From the NCBI GenBank assembly GCA_963764625.1, contig CAVXTH010000007.1, positions 64,001 through 128,000 of the forward strand: 64,000 nt of DNA. Direction: 5' to 3'. Below the pieces are notes generated by a model. It did not search any database. It worked only from the letters and a program-made list of their open reading frames with translations, and had not been told where the DNA came from. Source of the DNA: Candidatus Krumholzibacteriota bacterium (GTDB lineage: Bacteria; Krumholzibacteriota; Krumholzibacteriia; JAJRXK01). Position numbers and translations under genes: made by a program. Of this stretch, positions 1 through 9,366 are shown piece after piece (positions within the stretch are counted from its first letter, which is position 1; each line of letters begins with the position of its first letter).

Positions 1-657
1 CGCGAGTCCCCTGCCATCCAGGGAGCGGTGACGGGAGACTCGCAACCAGAGCCGGCGAAGATCGAGTTCGTATTCCCCGATCTCCTCGTAGTGCGCCAGC
101 TCCTCGGCCAGCCAGCCCAGCCGGCCTATCTTCTGCAATCGAGTCGAGAGTTCGTCACGCAGCGCGTGGAGGTAGACGACATCGTTCAGGGCGTACTGGA
201 TCTGAGCCTCGCGGAGGGGACGCTTGCCCCAGTCAGTGACCCGCTCCTGCTTCTTCACTCCCACGTCCAACACGCGCCGGAGCAGGTCGGCGTACCCCGG
301 CTGCTCACCCATCCCGAGCAGAGCCGCGGCGACCTGGGTATCGAAGAGGTTGTGGGGGAGAGTGTGGGTCTTGTCGTAGAAGATCTCCAGATCCTGGCTC
401 GCGGCGTGGAGGATGACCTCGATCGTGGGGTCGGCGACCAGCTTCCAGAGCGGGGTCAAGTCCTCCAGGAGGAGGGGGTCGATCAGCACCGCCTCCTGGC
501 GCGTGGCGACCTGCACTAGCTGGAGAATGGGCTTGTAGGTCCTCTCCCGCTCGAATTCGGTGTCCAGCGCGATGCTCTTTTCTTTCCTGGCGCGCTGACA
601 GAAAGATTTTAGATCGCTGGAGGTGCTGAAGATTTCGATCTCGTTGACCAATGCCAC
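1..657 (-). CDS. rnd: Ribonuclease D (DEDD 3'-5' exonuclease), 3' end runs off the window
   Basis: Missing from the ORF track because it has no stop in the window. Hand translation from GTG 657 gives VALVNEIE...IALDTEFERERTYKPILQLVQVAT...ILHAASQDLEIF...LFDTQVAAALLG...TDWGKRPL...QIQYALNDV, the RNase D exonuclease motifs. Confidence 0.9.
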   Translation of the reverse strand, partial: MALVNEIEIFSTSSDLKSFCQRARKEKSIALDTEFERERTYKPILQLVQVATRQEAVLIDPLLLEDLTPLWKLVADPTIEVILHAASQDLEIFYDKTHTLPHNLFDTQVAAALLGMGEQPGYADLLRRVLDVGVKKQERVTDWGKRPLREAQIQYALNDVVYLHALRDELSTRLQKIGRLGWLAEELAHYEEIGEYELDLRRLWLRVSRHRSLDGRGLA

Positions 658-742
658 AATTCCCGGTCTAGAACTGGAATGAGTTGCCAATTTACACAGA
701 AGAAGCCCATTGGGCGAGGAATTCGGCAAAGTTCCCGCGGGT

Positions 743-770
743 TTGCAAGCCAGGTTGGATTATCTATCGT
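743..770 (+). promoter_or_regulatory. Possible sigma70 promoter for pfk
   Basis: TTGCAA-16 nt-TATCGT in the divergent rnd/pfk intergenic region. Confidence 0.35.
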
Positions 771-820
771 AGCTCTGTCTTCAAGCCGAGATCCCCACCT
801 CCTGCAGGAGAAGTACATTC

Positions 821-1990
821 ATGGGAAAGCTCCAGAGGATCGCCATTCTCACCGGCGGCGGTGACGTGCCGGGTCTCAATGCGGCCATCAAGTCGGTCGC
901 GAAGCGCTGCCACGGCGATGGAGTCGAGCTGATCGGGATCCGGCGTGGCTGGCAGGGAATGGTCGATCTCGAGCCCGACAATACGGATCGGGACAAGGAC
1001 TTGCTGATCCAGCTCGGCCCGGAAGTCGTTCGCACGATCGATCGCAGCGGAGGAACGATGCTGCACAGCTCGCGCACGAATCCGGCTTCCATGAGCGAAA
1101 AGGTGCTGCCCAAGAGCTTCGACAAATCGACCCACCAGCCCGGCCCGACGGGCAAGTGGGACCTGAGTGACCGAGTCCTGAAGACCCTGGAGCGAATCGG
1201 TATCGATGCCGTCATCGTCATCGGCGGGGACGACACGCTCAGCTACGCCGCGCATCTCGATTCCCTGGGTTGGCCGACGGTCGGGATCCCCAAGACCATG
1301 GACAACGACGTGAGCGGAACCGAATACTGTATCGGCTTCTCCACCGCCGTGACGCGGAGCGTGGACATGATCACGCAACTCCGCACTCCCGCGGGCAGCC
1401 ACGAGCGGATCGCGGTCATCGAGCTCTTCGGCCGCAACTCGGGTCAGACCGCGCTTCGAATCGGGTACCTCTCCGGAGCGGATCGCACCCTCATCTGTGA
1501 AGTGCCTTTCGACGTGGAGAAGGTATGCCGTTTCGCCGAGCAGGATCAGGACAGCAATCCCAGCCACTATTCGATCATCGTGATCAGCGAGGGCGCCTAT
1601 CCCCTGGGCGGTGAAGTGCTCGAAACCGGCGAACCCGACGCCTACGGCCATCGCAAGCTCGGAGGAGTCGGAATCTGGTTGAGCGAACAGATTCGCCACC
1701 GCACCGGGCGCGAGACCCTTGCGCAGCGTTTGGGCTATCTGATGCGCGCGGGCAGCCCCGACTCTCTCGATCGCATCGTCGCCATGAACTTCGGGAATCT
1801 CGCCTACGAGCTACTGCGCAAAGAGCGCCACGGAAACATGACCGCTCTCATGGGGGGGCGCTACGTGGCGACTCCTCTGGCCGCGGTGAACGCGGGAGCG
1901 CGCCGGGTGGACGTGGAGAGCTACTACGACGCCCAAACCTATCTTCCCCGAACCCTTCGAGTGGAAGACCAGCCGATGTTCTTGAGCTGA
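821..1990 (+). CDS. pfkA: 6-phosphofructokinase, PfkA family, probably pyrophosphate-dependent
   Basis: TGGGDVPGLNA, GGTMLHSSR, GGDDT, IPKTMDND, ELFGR and RLGYLMR motifs; RBS AGGAG upstream. Confidence 0.9.
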   Translation: MGKLQRIAILTGGGDVPGLNAAIKSVAKRCHGDGVELIGIRRGWQGMVDLEPDNTDRDKDLLIQLGPEVVRTIDRSGGTMLHSSRTNPASMSEKVLPKSFDKSTHQPGPTGKWDLSDRVLKTLERIGIDAVIVIGGDDTLSYAAHLDSLGWPTVGIPKTMDNDVSGTEYCIGFSTAVTRSVDMITQLRTPAGSHERIAVIELFGRNSGQTALRIGYLSGADRTLICEVPFDVEKVCRFAEQDQDSNPSHYSIIVISEGAYPLGGEVLETGEPDAYGHRKLGGVGIWLSEQIRHRTGRETLAQRLGYLMRAGSPDSLDRIVAMNFGNLAYELLRKERHGNMTALMGGRYVATPLAAVNAGARRVDVESYYDAQTYLPRTLRVEDQPMFLS

Positions 1991-2031
1991 ATCATGCGGG
2001 AACTCCGGCCAAGAATTTCAAGAGGACGGAA

Positions 2032-2868
2032 ATGAGCGAATTCGAACTGCAGGGCGATTTTGAACGTGAAGTGGTGCAAGAGAGCGCGAAGCAACCGGTG
2101 CTCGTGGACTTCTGGGCGTCATGGTGTGGACCCTGCCGCACTCTGGGCCCCATTCTGCAGAAACTCGCGGGCGAGGCGCAGGGCCGCTTCAAACTGGTGA
2201 AAATCGATACACAGGCCCACCCCGAGCTTGCCCAGCGCTTTGGTATCCAGAGCATTCCCGCGGTGAAACTCTTCGTCGACGGCACGGTGGTGGCGGAATT
2301 CTTGGGAGCATTGCCCGAGGCACAGGTCCGCGCCTGGCTCAAGCAACAGATCCCCTCCGAAACGGACCGTCTCTTTCGCGCGGCGGAGGCGATACTCGCC
2401 GCCGGGGAGAGACAGCGAGCGCGCGAAAACTTCGAAATCGTCCTTCAAGCCGATCCCCAGCACCTTGGCGCTCGCTACCGTCTGGCCGAGATCTCGCTCT
2501 TTGAGGATCCGGCCGCCGCGCTCTCGTACCTGGAGCCGATCCCCCAAAGCGGGAAGCACGCCGGGCGCGTGGAGGCACTCAGAAGACTCGCACGTCAGGC
2601 CACAATCACAAAAGAGAGTTCTTTCACCGCGGTGGAGGAACACGAGCCCAGGGCGCAATGGGTGCGGCGCTACCTCGAGGGCAACCAAGCCCTCGTCGAA
2701 CGAGACTTCGCCGGCGCGCTGAATGCGTGGATCGAGGTGCTCACCTTCGATCGAAAGCTGGACGACGACGGCGCGCGCAAGGCCTGCATTGCTCTTTTCC
2801 ACTACCTGGGTAAGGAGCATGCGCTCACGCGGGAATTCTCGTCCGCCTTCAGCTCCGCGCTGTTCTAG
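2032..2868 (+). CDS. Thioredoxin-TPR chaperedoxin (YbbN/CnoX-like)
   Basis: VDFWASWCGPC thioredoxin domain, GIQSIP cis-Pro motif, C-terminal helical TPR region with DDGARK. Confidence 0.85.
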   Translation: MSEFELQGDFEREVVQESAKQPVLVDFWASWCGPCRTLGPILQKLAGEAQGRFKLVKIDTQAHPELAQRFGIQSIPAVKLFVDGTVVAEFLGALPEAQVRAWLKQQIPSETDRLFRAAEAILAAGERQRARENFEIVLQADPQHLGARYRLAEISLFEDPAAALSYLEPIPQSGKHAGRVEALRRLARQATITKESSFTAVEEHEPRAQWVRRYLEGNQALVERDFAGALNAWIEVLTFDRKLDDDGARKACIALFHYLGKEHALTREFSSAFSSALF

Positions 2869-2907
2869 CCGGGCCCGCGCGAGGGGGCCTCAGGTCTTGT
2901 GGCCTTG

Positions 2908-4311
2908 TCAACGCACCAGGATCAGCTTGCGCGCCGACGCATCCTGTCCTTTCACCCGGGCCCAGTACACTCCGCTCGCCACTGCCTCTCCCGCGCCATC
3001 GAGTCCGTCCCAGTGGTAGAGGAGACGGTCAGCTTCGCTCTGAGACGGTTGCAATCGGGTGACGAGACGGCCTTTGGCGTCCAGGATCAGAATCTCCGGG
3101 CGGCCGCTCGCTGCAGTGAGTTCTAGGTTCACCCGCGGGTTGAAGGGGTTGGGCCAGGCCCGAAGCACCGCCTTGCTCCGGGAAGGCGGAGCCCGGGTGA
3201 CCGGGTCCACCGGTGAGCCATCGCGCAACACCAGATCGAAGGGGGGCAGACCCGTCCCGATCGGCCCCGCCACCAGGGCGGTGGTGTTCGCATCGTAGAC
3301 GCGGATCCCCGGGTTCTGTGAGTTCCGATCCGCGACGTACACTCTGCCCTGCTGGGAGATTTCCAGATCACTCAAGTCGAAGCCGGATGAGGTGAGAACC
3401 GTATCGATGGGAGCGCCGGAGGACACGTCGAAGCGGACGAGCAAGGTGCGAAACGAGGCATCGCTCACGATGGCCCACCCCACAGCGCTCGAGGCCAACC
3501 GCGCCGCCTGGAGATCGCCGCCGAGTTGTGCTTCGGTGGTGATGAAGCCTTCACTCTGCCGGGTGAAGGGATTCACCGCCGCGAGCCCGCCGTCTTGTAC
3601 GAGGAACTCCCCGCTTTCGACCACGAGAAGACGATTCAATTTCCTCTCGTACCACAGATCGCCGGTTGGATTTTCGGCCGGAAGAAGGATGGAATCGATG
3701 CCCCCCGTGGAGGGATTCGCGTCCACCACCTCGTCGGTGCGCGTATCGATGACTACCAGGCAAGAACCACCCGCGGGCGGGAGACTGCTCTGGAAACGAT
3801 CCAGACGTTGCAGCGACACAAAGGCGAAATCGCCCACCGCGGCCACTTGGGACATCTCGGGAATTCCGTCCGCGTCCGCGAAGGAAGAGAGATCGACCGT
3901 GGCAAGGAGCGTCCCGTGCAGTGGCTCCACCACCCACAGCTGCGTCTCTTCGAAACGGGTGAGGTAGGCGCGTCCGGGTCGCACCACTTCCAGATCGTAG
4001 GGATTCGAATTGAGCCCGGTGGAGTACTGATCGATGACCGCGTAGCCAGCACCGGCATCCAGAACCAGCACGTTGTCGGCCAGATACCGGTTGATCACGA
4101 AGATGGTATTTCCGCTGCGGCGCGCCACGGCGTCGCCGTGAATGGTGTAAAGATCATTCGTCGTGGTCCACGGCGCGTCCAGAAGCATGGCCGAGGTGGA
4201 GCCGGTGGATTCGAAGGTGGTGGTGGTGCAGAAGAGATCCTGCGCCATGGCTTTCGCCGACACCCCCAGAGCGAGGAGGAAGGCGAGCCATCCGAGTTCA
4301 GATCTGGTCAC
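2908..4311 (-). CDS. Secreted YncE/BtuG-like beta-propeller with C-terminal FlgD-Ig/T9SS-like domain
   Basis: Signal peptide (...SAKAMA-Q); propeller-type repeats (FVINR, NPYDL, AYLTR, VIDTRTD); tail WPNPFNP...WDGLDGAGEAVASGVYWARV...RKLILVR; overlaps the receptor stop. Confidence 0.7.
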   Translation of the reverse strand: MTRSELGWLAFLLALGVSAKAMAQDLFCTTTTFESTGSTSAMLLDAPWTTTNDLYTIHGDAVARRSGNTIFVINRYLADNVLVLDAGAGYAVIDQYSTGLNSNPYDLEVVRPGRAYLTRFEETQLWVVEPLHGTLLATVDLSSFADADGIPEMSQVAAVGDFAFVSLQRLDRFQSSLPPAGGSCLVVIDTRTDEVVDANPSTGGIDSILLPAENPTGDLWYERKLNRLLVVESGEFLVQDGGLAAVNPFTRQSEGFITTEAQLGGDLQAARLASSAVGWAIVSDASFRTLLVRFDVSSGAPIDTVLTSSGFDLSDLEISQQGRVYVADRNSQNPGIRVYDANTTALVAGPIGTGLPPFDLVLRDGSPVDPVTRAPPSRSKAVLRAWPNPFNPRVNLELTAASGRPEILILDAKGRLVTRLQPSQSEADRLLYHWDGLDGAGEAVASGVYWARVKGQDASARKLILVR

Positions 4312-6421
4312 GGCTCCCTCCGATGCCGAGAGAGAGAAGAAAGCGGCGCCCGGGGAGCGGCCAACCGTACAGATCGAAGAGCTGCTGGTTGTCGGTCAGG
4401 TTCTCCACGCGAGCGTCGAGGGTCACCCCTCCGACGTTCAGACGCATCCAGACCTCATGCAACGCTCGTTGGGGAACCTTCTCTCGTCCATTCCGGTCGA
4501 GAGTGTTGTCGCCCATGGCGGTGAACTCGTACCCGACCCGCCACATACCATGCCCCACATTTGCACGCGCGCGCAGCTGATACCCCGGTCGGCCGGGGAG
4601 GGGCTGCCCCTGAAAGGTCGCGTTGTCACTGCAATCGCGGGTGCGCAGCCAGGTGCCATTGAATCCGAGGGCGAGCGGTCCGAAGCGGCCGAGGTCGAGA
4701 TCGGCCTCGACTCCCTTGATCTCTGCCGCGCCGATGTTTTGCGCGGTGGCGGTGCGCTGGCTGTTGCGCACGAAGGTGATGAGCTGCGAGCTATCGTTGT
4801 GGAAGAGGCTGAGCATCAGGCGGCGGTTCGATCCTCGCTGCGTGAACACCAATCCCACGTCGCGGTTGGTACCGATTTCCGGTACCAGATCGGGATTTCC
4901 GATGACACTGCCCCGATTGCCGAAGCGTTCGATCAAGGTGGGGACTCGTTCGTACTCGCCGACATTCGCCTTGAGAATGAGACGCTCACTCAGCAGGTAT
5001 CGAAGGTCGAACTGATAGGTGTGGGCCCAGGTGTCGGCGACTTCTTTGGGGCCGTTGGGCAGGTCGTAGTTTCCCAGCACCGGCACTCCATGGAAGCGAT
5101 CGTGGTGGTACTCGAGTCGCGCCCCCGGACTTAGCGAAAGACGCTCGGCCAAAGCTCGGAATTCCGGTTGCACCGCGGCCGCCACCGTGAAGCGCGTCTG
5201 GGGCGCGCCGTTCTCTTTTTCCGGCCACAGTCGCTCGCTCCTAAGCTGTGCCCAGCGCGTTTCCAGGCGCCAGGCGTCGCCGCGGTGTCCGCCGAACGAG
5301 CCCAGAGCGTTGACCCCGACGCTCTGGGTGCGGTCTCGCCGCTGCTCGCGGACCAGACTCAACTCCCCCTCTTTGTCGTCGAAGCCCTGTTGATCGATTC
5401 GATGGTAGAGCTCGAGTTTTCTCAGGATTCCCCGCCTCGCGCCCGAAGAGAGGAGCGCGGCGCGGAAATGATGCGTGAACGACGAGCTGCGCGCGTGCGC
5501 CGCCTGGAGATCTCTTCCGGGGAGTCCGTACTCGCGGCCGTCGAGCAATTCACTGAATTGCAGGTTCCAGCGATCCCCCGTTCGCAACGCACTGACGATT
5601 CCCCCGCCGGCGCTGAGGTCGTTGTTGCGGCGCGCGGTCCTGAAATCGTCCCGGGGATTGTAGGGAGTGCGATTGTCGAATTCGTAAGTGAAGTCGCCGC
5701 TGCTGCTGAGATACCGCCCACGACCCAGGAGCGTCCACTTTCCCTGTGCGCGCGAGGATCCGGCTTGAAATTCGAAAGTGTGGTACGAACCGGCAGTGGT
5801 GCGCGTCCAGGGCGCTTCTTTCCGGTGCGCGCTCACCAGATGGATGGCGCCTCCCAGCCCGGCGCCACCCAAAACCAGAGGTGCGGCGCCGCGGTACACT
5901 TCGATGCGTTCCAGCGACTGCAGGGGAATGTCCGACAGGTTGACGCTGCCGGTGGAGACCTGGGAGAGGGGAACGCCGTCCAGAAAGATCGGCGCCTGCG
6001 CCGCGGTGGAGCCACGGATGCTGGCGCTGCTGTAGGATCCGAGCCCCCCCGTCTCCTTCACCGTCACCCCCACCGCGTCCGCTAACACCGAGGCCGCGCT
6101 TTGCAGTCCTCCCGCCCAACTCGAGCGCTGAATGACCGAAGCGAAACCTCCCTCGCGATCCAGGATCTCCTGACGCCGTCTTCTGCGTGCACTCACTTCC
6201 ATCGTGGGCGCGAGGTAGACCGCGGTCGAGTCATCCATCCGCAAGGGAGTGAGGATGAGGGTGGAATCGGCGAGCGCATCGGCCGGCGCGTCGTCCGCCG
6301 CGTACGCACGCGTCGACCTCGCGCCGAAGATCAGGGCCGTTGCCAAGAAGAGAATCGCCGAGAGAAACCGGGCCCGCCGAATGCGGGCGGCGTCCTCAGC
6401 CGGACGCAAGAGCGCCACCAT
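4298..6421 (-). CDS. btuB: TonB-dependent receptor, probably cobalamin (BtuB-like)
   Basis: Plug motifs SIRGS...IFLDGVP and ERIEVYRG...GGAIHL; C-terminal VENLTD...PGRRF; ATG 6421 with GGAGG RBS directly below a cobalamin riboswitch. The ORF-track start at 6511 lies inside the riboswitch. Confidence 0.85.
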   Translation of the reverse strand: MVALLRPAEDAARIRRARFLSAILFLATALIFGARSTRAYAADDAPADALADSTLILTPLRMDDSTAVYLAPTMEVSARRRRRQEILDREGGFASVIQRSSWAGGLQSAASVLADAVGVTVKETGGLGSYSSASIRGSTAAQAPIFLDGVPLSQVSTGSVNLSDIPLQSLERIEVYRGAAPLVLGGAGLGGAIHLVSAHRKEAPWTRTTAGSYHTFEFQAGSSRAQGKWTLLGRGRYLSSSGDFTYEFDNRTPYNPRDDFRTARRNNDLSAGGGIVSALRTGDRWNLQFSELLDGREYGLPGRDLQAAHARSSSFTHHFRAALLSSGARRGILRKLELYHRIDQQGFDDKEGELSLVREQRRDRTQSVGVNALGSFGGHRGDAWRLETRWAQLRSERLWPEKENGAPQTRFTVAAAVQPEFRALAERLSLSPGARLEYHHDRFHGVPVLGNYDLPNGPKEVADTWAHTYQFDLRYLLSERLILKANVGEYERVPTLIERFGNRGSVIGNPDLVPEIGTNRDVGLVFTQRGSNRRLMLSLFHNDSSQLITFVRNSQRTATAQNIGAAEIKGVEADLDLGRFGPLALGFNGTWLRTRDCSDNATFQGQPLPGRPGYQLRARANVGHGMWRVGYEFTAMGDNTLDRNGREKVPQRALHEVWMRLNVGGVTLDARVENLTDNQQLFDLYGWPLPGRRFLLSLGIGGSRDQI

Positions 6422-6447
6422 TCCTCCCCCTCGAAGGTAGTCGGTGG

Positions 6448-6602
6448 AACGCCCGGGGTCGGTCTCCTGGCTTCCGGCTCGTGCCGAACGATGCGCCTTC
6501 CCGGGAATCACCCAGTGGCGTCATGCATCCTTCGTCGCCGGTCACAGTGGCGGGGCCGCGCTGGTCTTGCACCAGACTTCCACATTTGTCCCGCCGGGCG
6601 TC
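6448..6602 (-). ncRNA. Cobalamin riboswitch
   Basis: Minus strand reads GACGCCCGG...AAATGTGGAAGTCTGGTGCAAGACCAGCGCGGCCCCGCCACTGTGA...GCCACTGGG...CCGGGAAGGC...AAGCCAGGAGACC...CCGGGCGTT: P1 pairing, T-loop and B12-box are all present. Confidence 0.9.
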
Positions 6603-6691
6603 GATGTGAGTTCCGCGCAAGCGGAACCAAAGACACACTAGCTCAGGGTTGCGATCGAACGCAAGCGAGAACTCGAACGCGGTTGCTGTCT

Positions 6692-8389
6692 CTACTCTCT
6701 GGCTGGATTTGGGCCCATTTGCCCGCCGTCGGTCGACTCGATCCACAGCCTCGAGGATGCATAATCGAGATAGAGATGGAAGCGAGAGAGAATTCCCGCG
6801 CCCAACACCCCGGCCACGTCGGTGCTGCCCATGACTCCTTCATTGCTGGTGCTGAAGTTCGCGGGAAGGTCGTGAAAGACGAAACTCCCGAACTCGAGCC
6901 GGCGGAGAAAACCGCGCATCGCGCGGCTGCTTCCCCCGATTCCGCGCACGCCCGTGGGTGACAGCTCTCCTCGGTCTTTCGATGCGAGCAGCTTGTGCTC
7001 CTGCACGAAGGGCGCGCTCAGGTCGAGTTCGTTGTCGCTTCCCGTATCGAGATGCACCCAGGCTTCGATGCCCTCGATCGAAACTCGCGCGGTGGGGACG
7101 TTGGCGTCCATGCGAAGCGGGATCTCCTCCGCATCGCGGGGAGGAGTAAACCCGCGGCGCGAATGAAATTGCACCCAACGATCGCCGTAATCGATTTCGA
7201 TCACGCTCTGGTTGAGGGTGTCGTAACCAAGCACTCCCGTCACCTCGTCCTGAGTGAGCAGCGAGGTGACGGAGGAAAGCTCGAGACTCACCCAACTCTG
7301 GGCGGGGAATTCCATGCGGCCGAGCGCGAGACTCTCGATCTGCACCAAAGCGGCGGGAGCACTGCCGGCCGCGCCGGTGGCTTCCAGTTCTCCCTGCGAG
7401 GAGAGACCCAGCGCCTTCAGTTGTCCGCTGTCGAGGATGCTGCTTCCCGCGCCGGTATCGAGGAGAAAGAGCCCCTCGTGGCTGCGGTTCAGAGTGCCCC
7501 GGAGAAGGATGTGGCTGCCGGGGCCGACCATGGCCAAACGGCCGCTCTCGCTACCGCCGTGGAAGAGGGGGCCGTCCCGTCGGCTGGCGGGAGATAGATA
7601 GGCTTCCTTGCCCCGTGGGGGCGCGAACTCGGCGAGCTGCAGGGTCGCGGTCAAGCTCATCTGACTTCCCGTCTCCATGCGGATCCGGTCGGGAATCCAG
7701 ATCCCCTCGACTTCACGGTAGTGCTCATAGATCGTCTTGAGCTGCATCTGCCCGTTGTCCCAGTTCGATTCGGCGAGCCGGTAGCTCACGGCGTCCAGGG
7801 TCAAGGTTTCGGGCTTGGCGCCCAGGAGTCTCAGGGAGAGGCGCGGCCGGCCGGTTTCGTCCGCCGCTTCGAGCGCGAGTTGCATGGGAACGGGGGGAGG
7901 CTCGAGGACGTACGCGCCCAGGTTGACGATCGACTCCAAGAGCGCTCCCGTTTCCTCGCTGCCTTCGGCGCCGCGCACCACGCCGTTACGGTCCATAATC
8001 CATCCGCGAGCGCCGTCGTAGCCGCTCTCGATACTCAAGGGACCCAACGCGAGGCGGCTCCACCCGTAGAGCGGAGCCTCGTTCCAACTCTCCACTGTCC
8101 CGGTCAGCCCCAGACCGGTCACCTGAGCCCGAATGTGGAGCGCGCGCGCGGGACTGCTCTGGCGCGAATACCCCATGGCGGCGGCATGCCGATCCAGGAG
8201 TTCCTGGAGGCTGAGCTTCGGGGCCGCTTCGGACCCTGGCCGAGGGGAGACTCTCTCTGTGGGAACGGGAGCGACCGTCGCCGTCGCGGAGGCGAGCGGG
8301 ATTCCGGTCAGCAACAAGGCCAAGAGTGACGCGAGAGTCCAGAACGGGTGGGGCTTGCGGTGAGGCTGGCGAATGACGCTTCCCTCCAT
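6692..8389 (-). CDS. Secreted aspartyl protease with two retropepsin-like domains
   Basis: Signal peptide; FLLDTGAGSS...GVLGYD and VHLDTGSD...GVLGAG motif pairs. Confidence 0.75.
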   Translation of the reverse strand: MEGSVIRQPHRKPHPFWTLASLLALLLTGIPLASATATVAPVPTERVSPRPGSEAAPKLSLQELLDRHAAAMGYSRQSSPARALHIRAQVTGLGLTGTVESWNEAPLYGWSRLALGPLSIESGYDGARGWIMDRNGVVRGAEGSEETGALLESIVNLGAYVLEPPPVPMQLALEAADETGRPRLSLRLLGAKPETLTLDAVSYRLAESNWDNGQMQLKTIYEHYREVEGIWIPDRIRMETGSQMSLTATLQLAEFAPPRGKEAYLSPASRRDGPLFHGGSESGRLAMVGPGSHILLRGTLNRSHEGLFLLDTGAGSSILDSGQLKALGLSSQGELEATGAAGSAPAALVQIESLALGRMEFPAQSWVSLELSSVTSLLTQDEVTGVLGYDTLNQSVIEIDYGDRWVQFHSRRGFTPPRDAEEIPLRMDANVPTARVSIEGIEAWVHLDTGSDNELDLSAPFVQEHKLLASKDRGELSPTGVRGIGGSSRAMRGFLRRLEFGSFVFHDLPANFSTSNEGVMGSTDVAGVLGAGILSRFHLYLDYASSRLWIESTDGGQMGPNPARE

Positions 8390-8420
8390 CGGCGCGGAGT
8401 TGTGTGGTTCTCTCTTGGAT

Positions 8421-9185
8421 TTAGCTCAGGCGGAAGCTCTCGGCCACGAGCTTGATCGCGAACGCAATCACGCAGACGATCAAGAGCCGTCGCACCCACA
8501 CCTCGCCCCGTTCAATCTGGAGGTGCGTGCCCAGATAGCCCCCGAGCATGGTCCCGCCGCCCAGGACCAGGCCGGGGAGCCAGCGCACCTGACCGGCATG
8601 CCAGAAGATGGCGAGCGCGAAGAGCTGGAGGAAGAGAACCGTGAAGACTTTGGTCGCGTTCGCGCGCACGAGGTCGAGTCCTCCCAGGCGCGCCAGGGCC
8701 GCGATGATCAGAAAGCCCGCGCCGGCCTGGATGACTCCGGCGTAGATTCCCAGAAAGAAATAGCTCGCGCCCAAGAGAATCGGATGGCCTTCGATGCGCT
8801 CGGCAGACGCGCTCTCCCGCTTGCGTAGGATGAGATAGAGAACCAAAAGGAGGATGAGCGCCAGGATGCGCCGGAACCACACTTCGTTCAGATCGAGAGC
8901 GATGCGGGTTCCCAACCAGGCCCCCGGCAGCGAGGGAAGCAACAAGAGGAGCCCCAGGCGCAAGGGTAGCCGCCCGCGCCGGGCAAAGGTCGCCGAGGAG
9001 ACGGAATTTTGGAGCACCAGCCCCACTCGATTCGTCGCGTTTGCGACGGTGGTGGGAAGCCCCAGGAAGATGAGAGCGGGAAGCGTGATCAAAGACCCGC
9101 CCCCGGCGTTCACGTTGATGAAGCCGGCCACACCTCCCGCCAGGAGCAAGAGGACGAGACGCAGGGGCTGCAGTCCATCGAACAT
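8421..9185 (-). CDS. TauE/SafE (sulfite exporter family) membrane protein
   Basis: AGFINVNAGGGSLITLP, ANATN, GIYAGVIQAGAG; multiple TM helices. Confidence 0.85.
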   Translation of the reverse strand: MFDGLQPLRLVLLLLAGGVAGFINVNAGGGSLITLPALIFLGLPTTVANATNRVGLVLQNSVSSATFARRGRLPLRLGLLLLLPSLPGAWLGTRIALDLNEVWFRRILALILLLVLYLILRKRESASAERIEGHPILLGASYFFLGIYAGVIQAGAGFLIIAALARLGGLDLVRANATKVFTVLFLQLFALAIFWHAGQVRWLPGLVLGGGTMLGGYLGTHLQIERGEVWVRRLLIVCVIAFAIKLVAESFRLS

Positions 9186-9366
9186 GCGAGCAGGCTAGAG
9201 CCGCAGGCACCGCGTGTCGAGCTTTGCCTGGGGGGCCGAACGCCCGGTGGCCGGTCCTTGCTCCGGCCAATTTTCCAGCCCTCCGCGCTGCCTTGCTCGG
9301 CGTGAAGTTGTGGTTTAAGGTGGGATGGCTCGCAAAGTACGGGTATCCCTTGAAGGGTCGTCTCCC

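Noticed and set aside
28-519. Plus-strand 163-aa ORF
   Set aside because: It is the antisense shadow of rnd, which is encoded on the minus strand
6642-6652. 11-bp match CTCAGGGTTGC shared with the pga sigma54 element
   Set aside because: This copy lacks the -24 GG and faces away from btuB; probably coincidence
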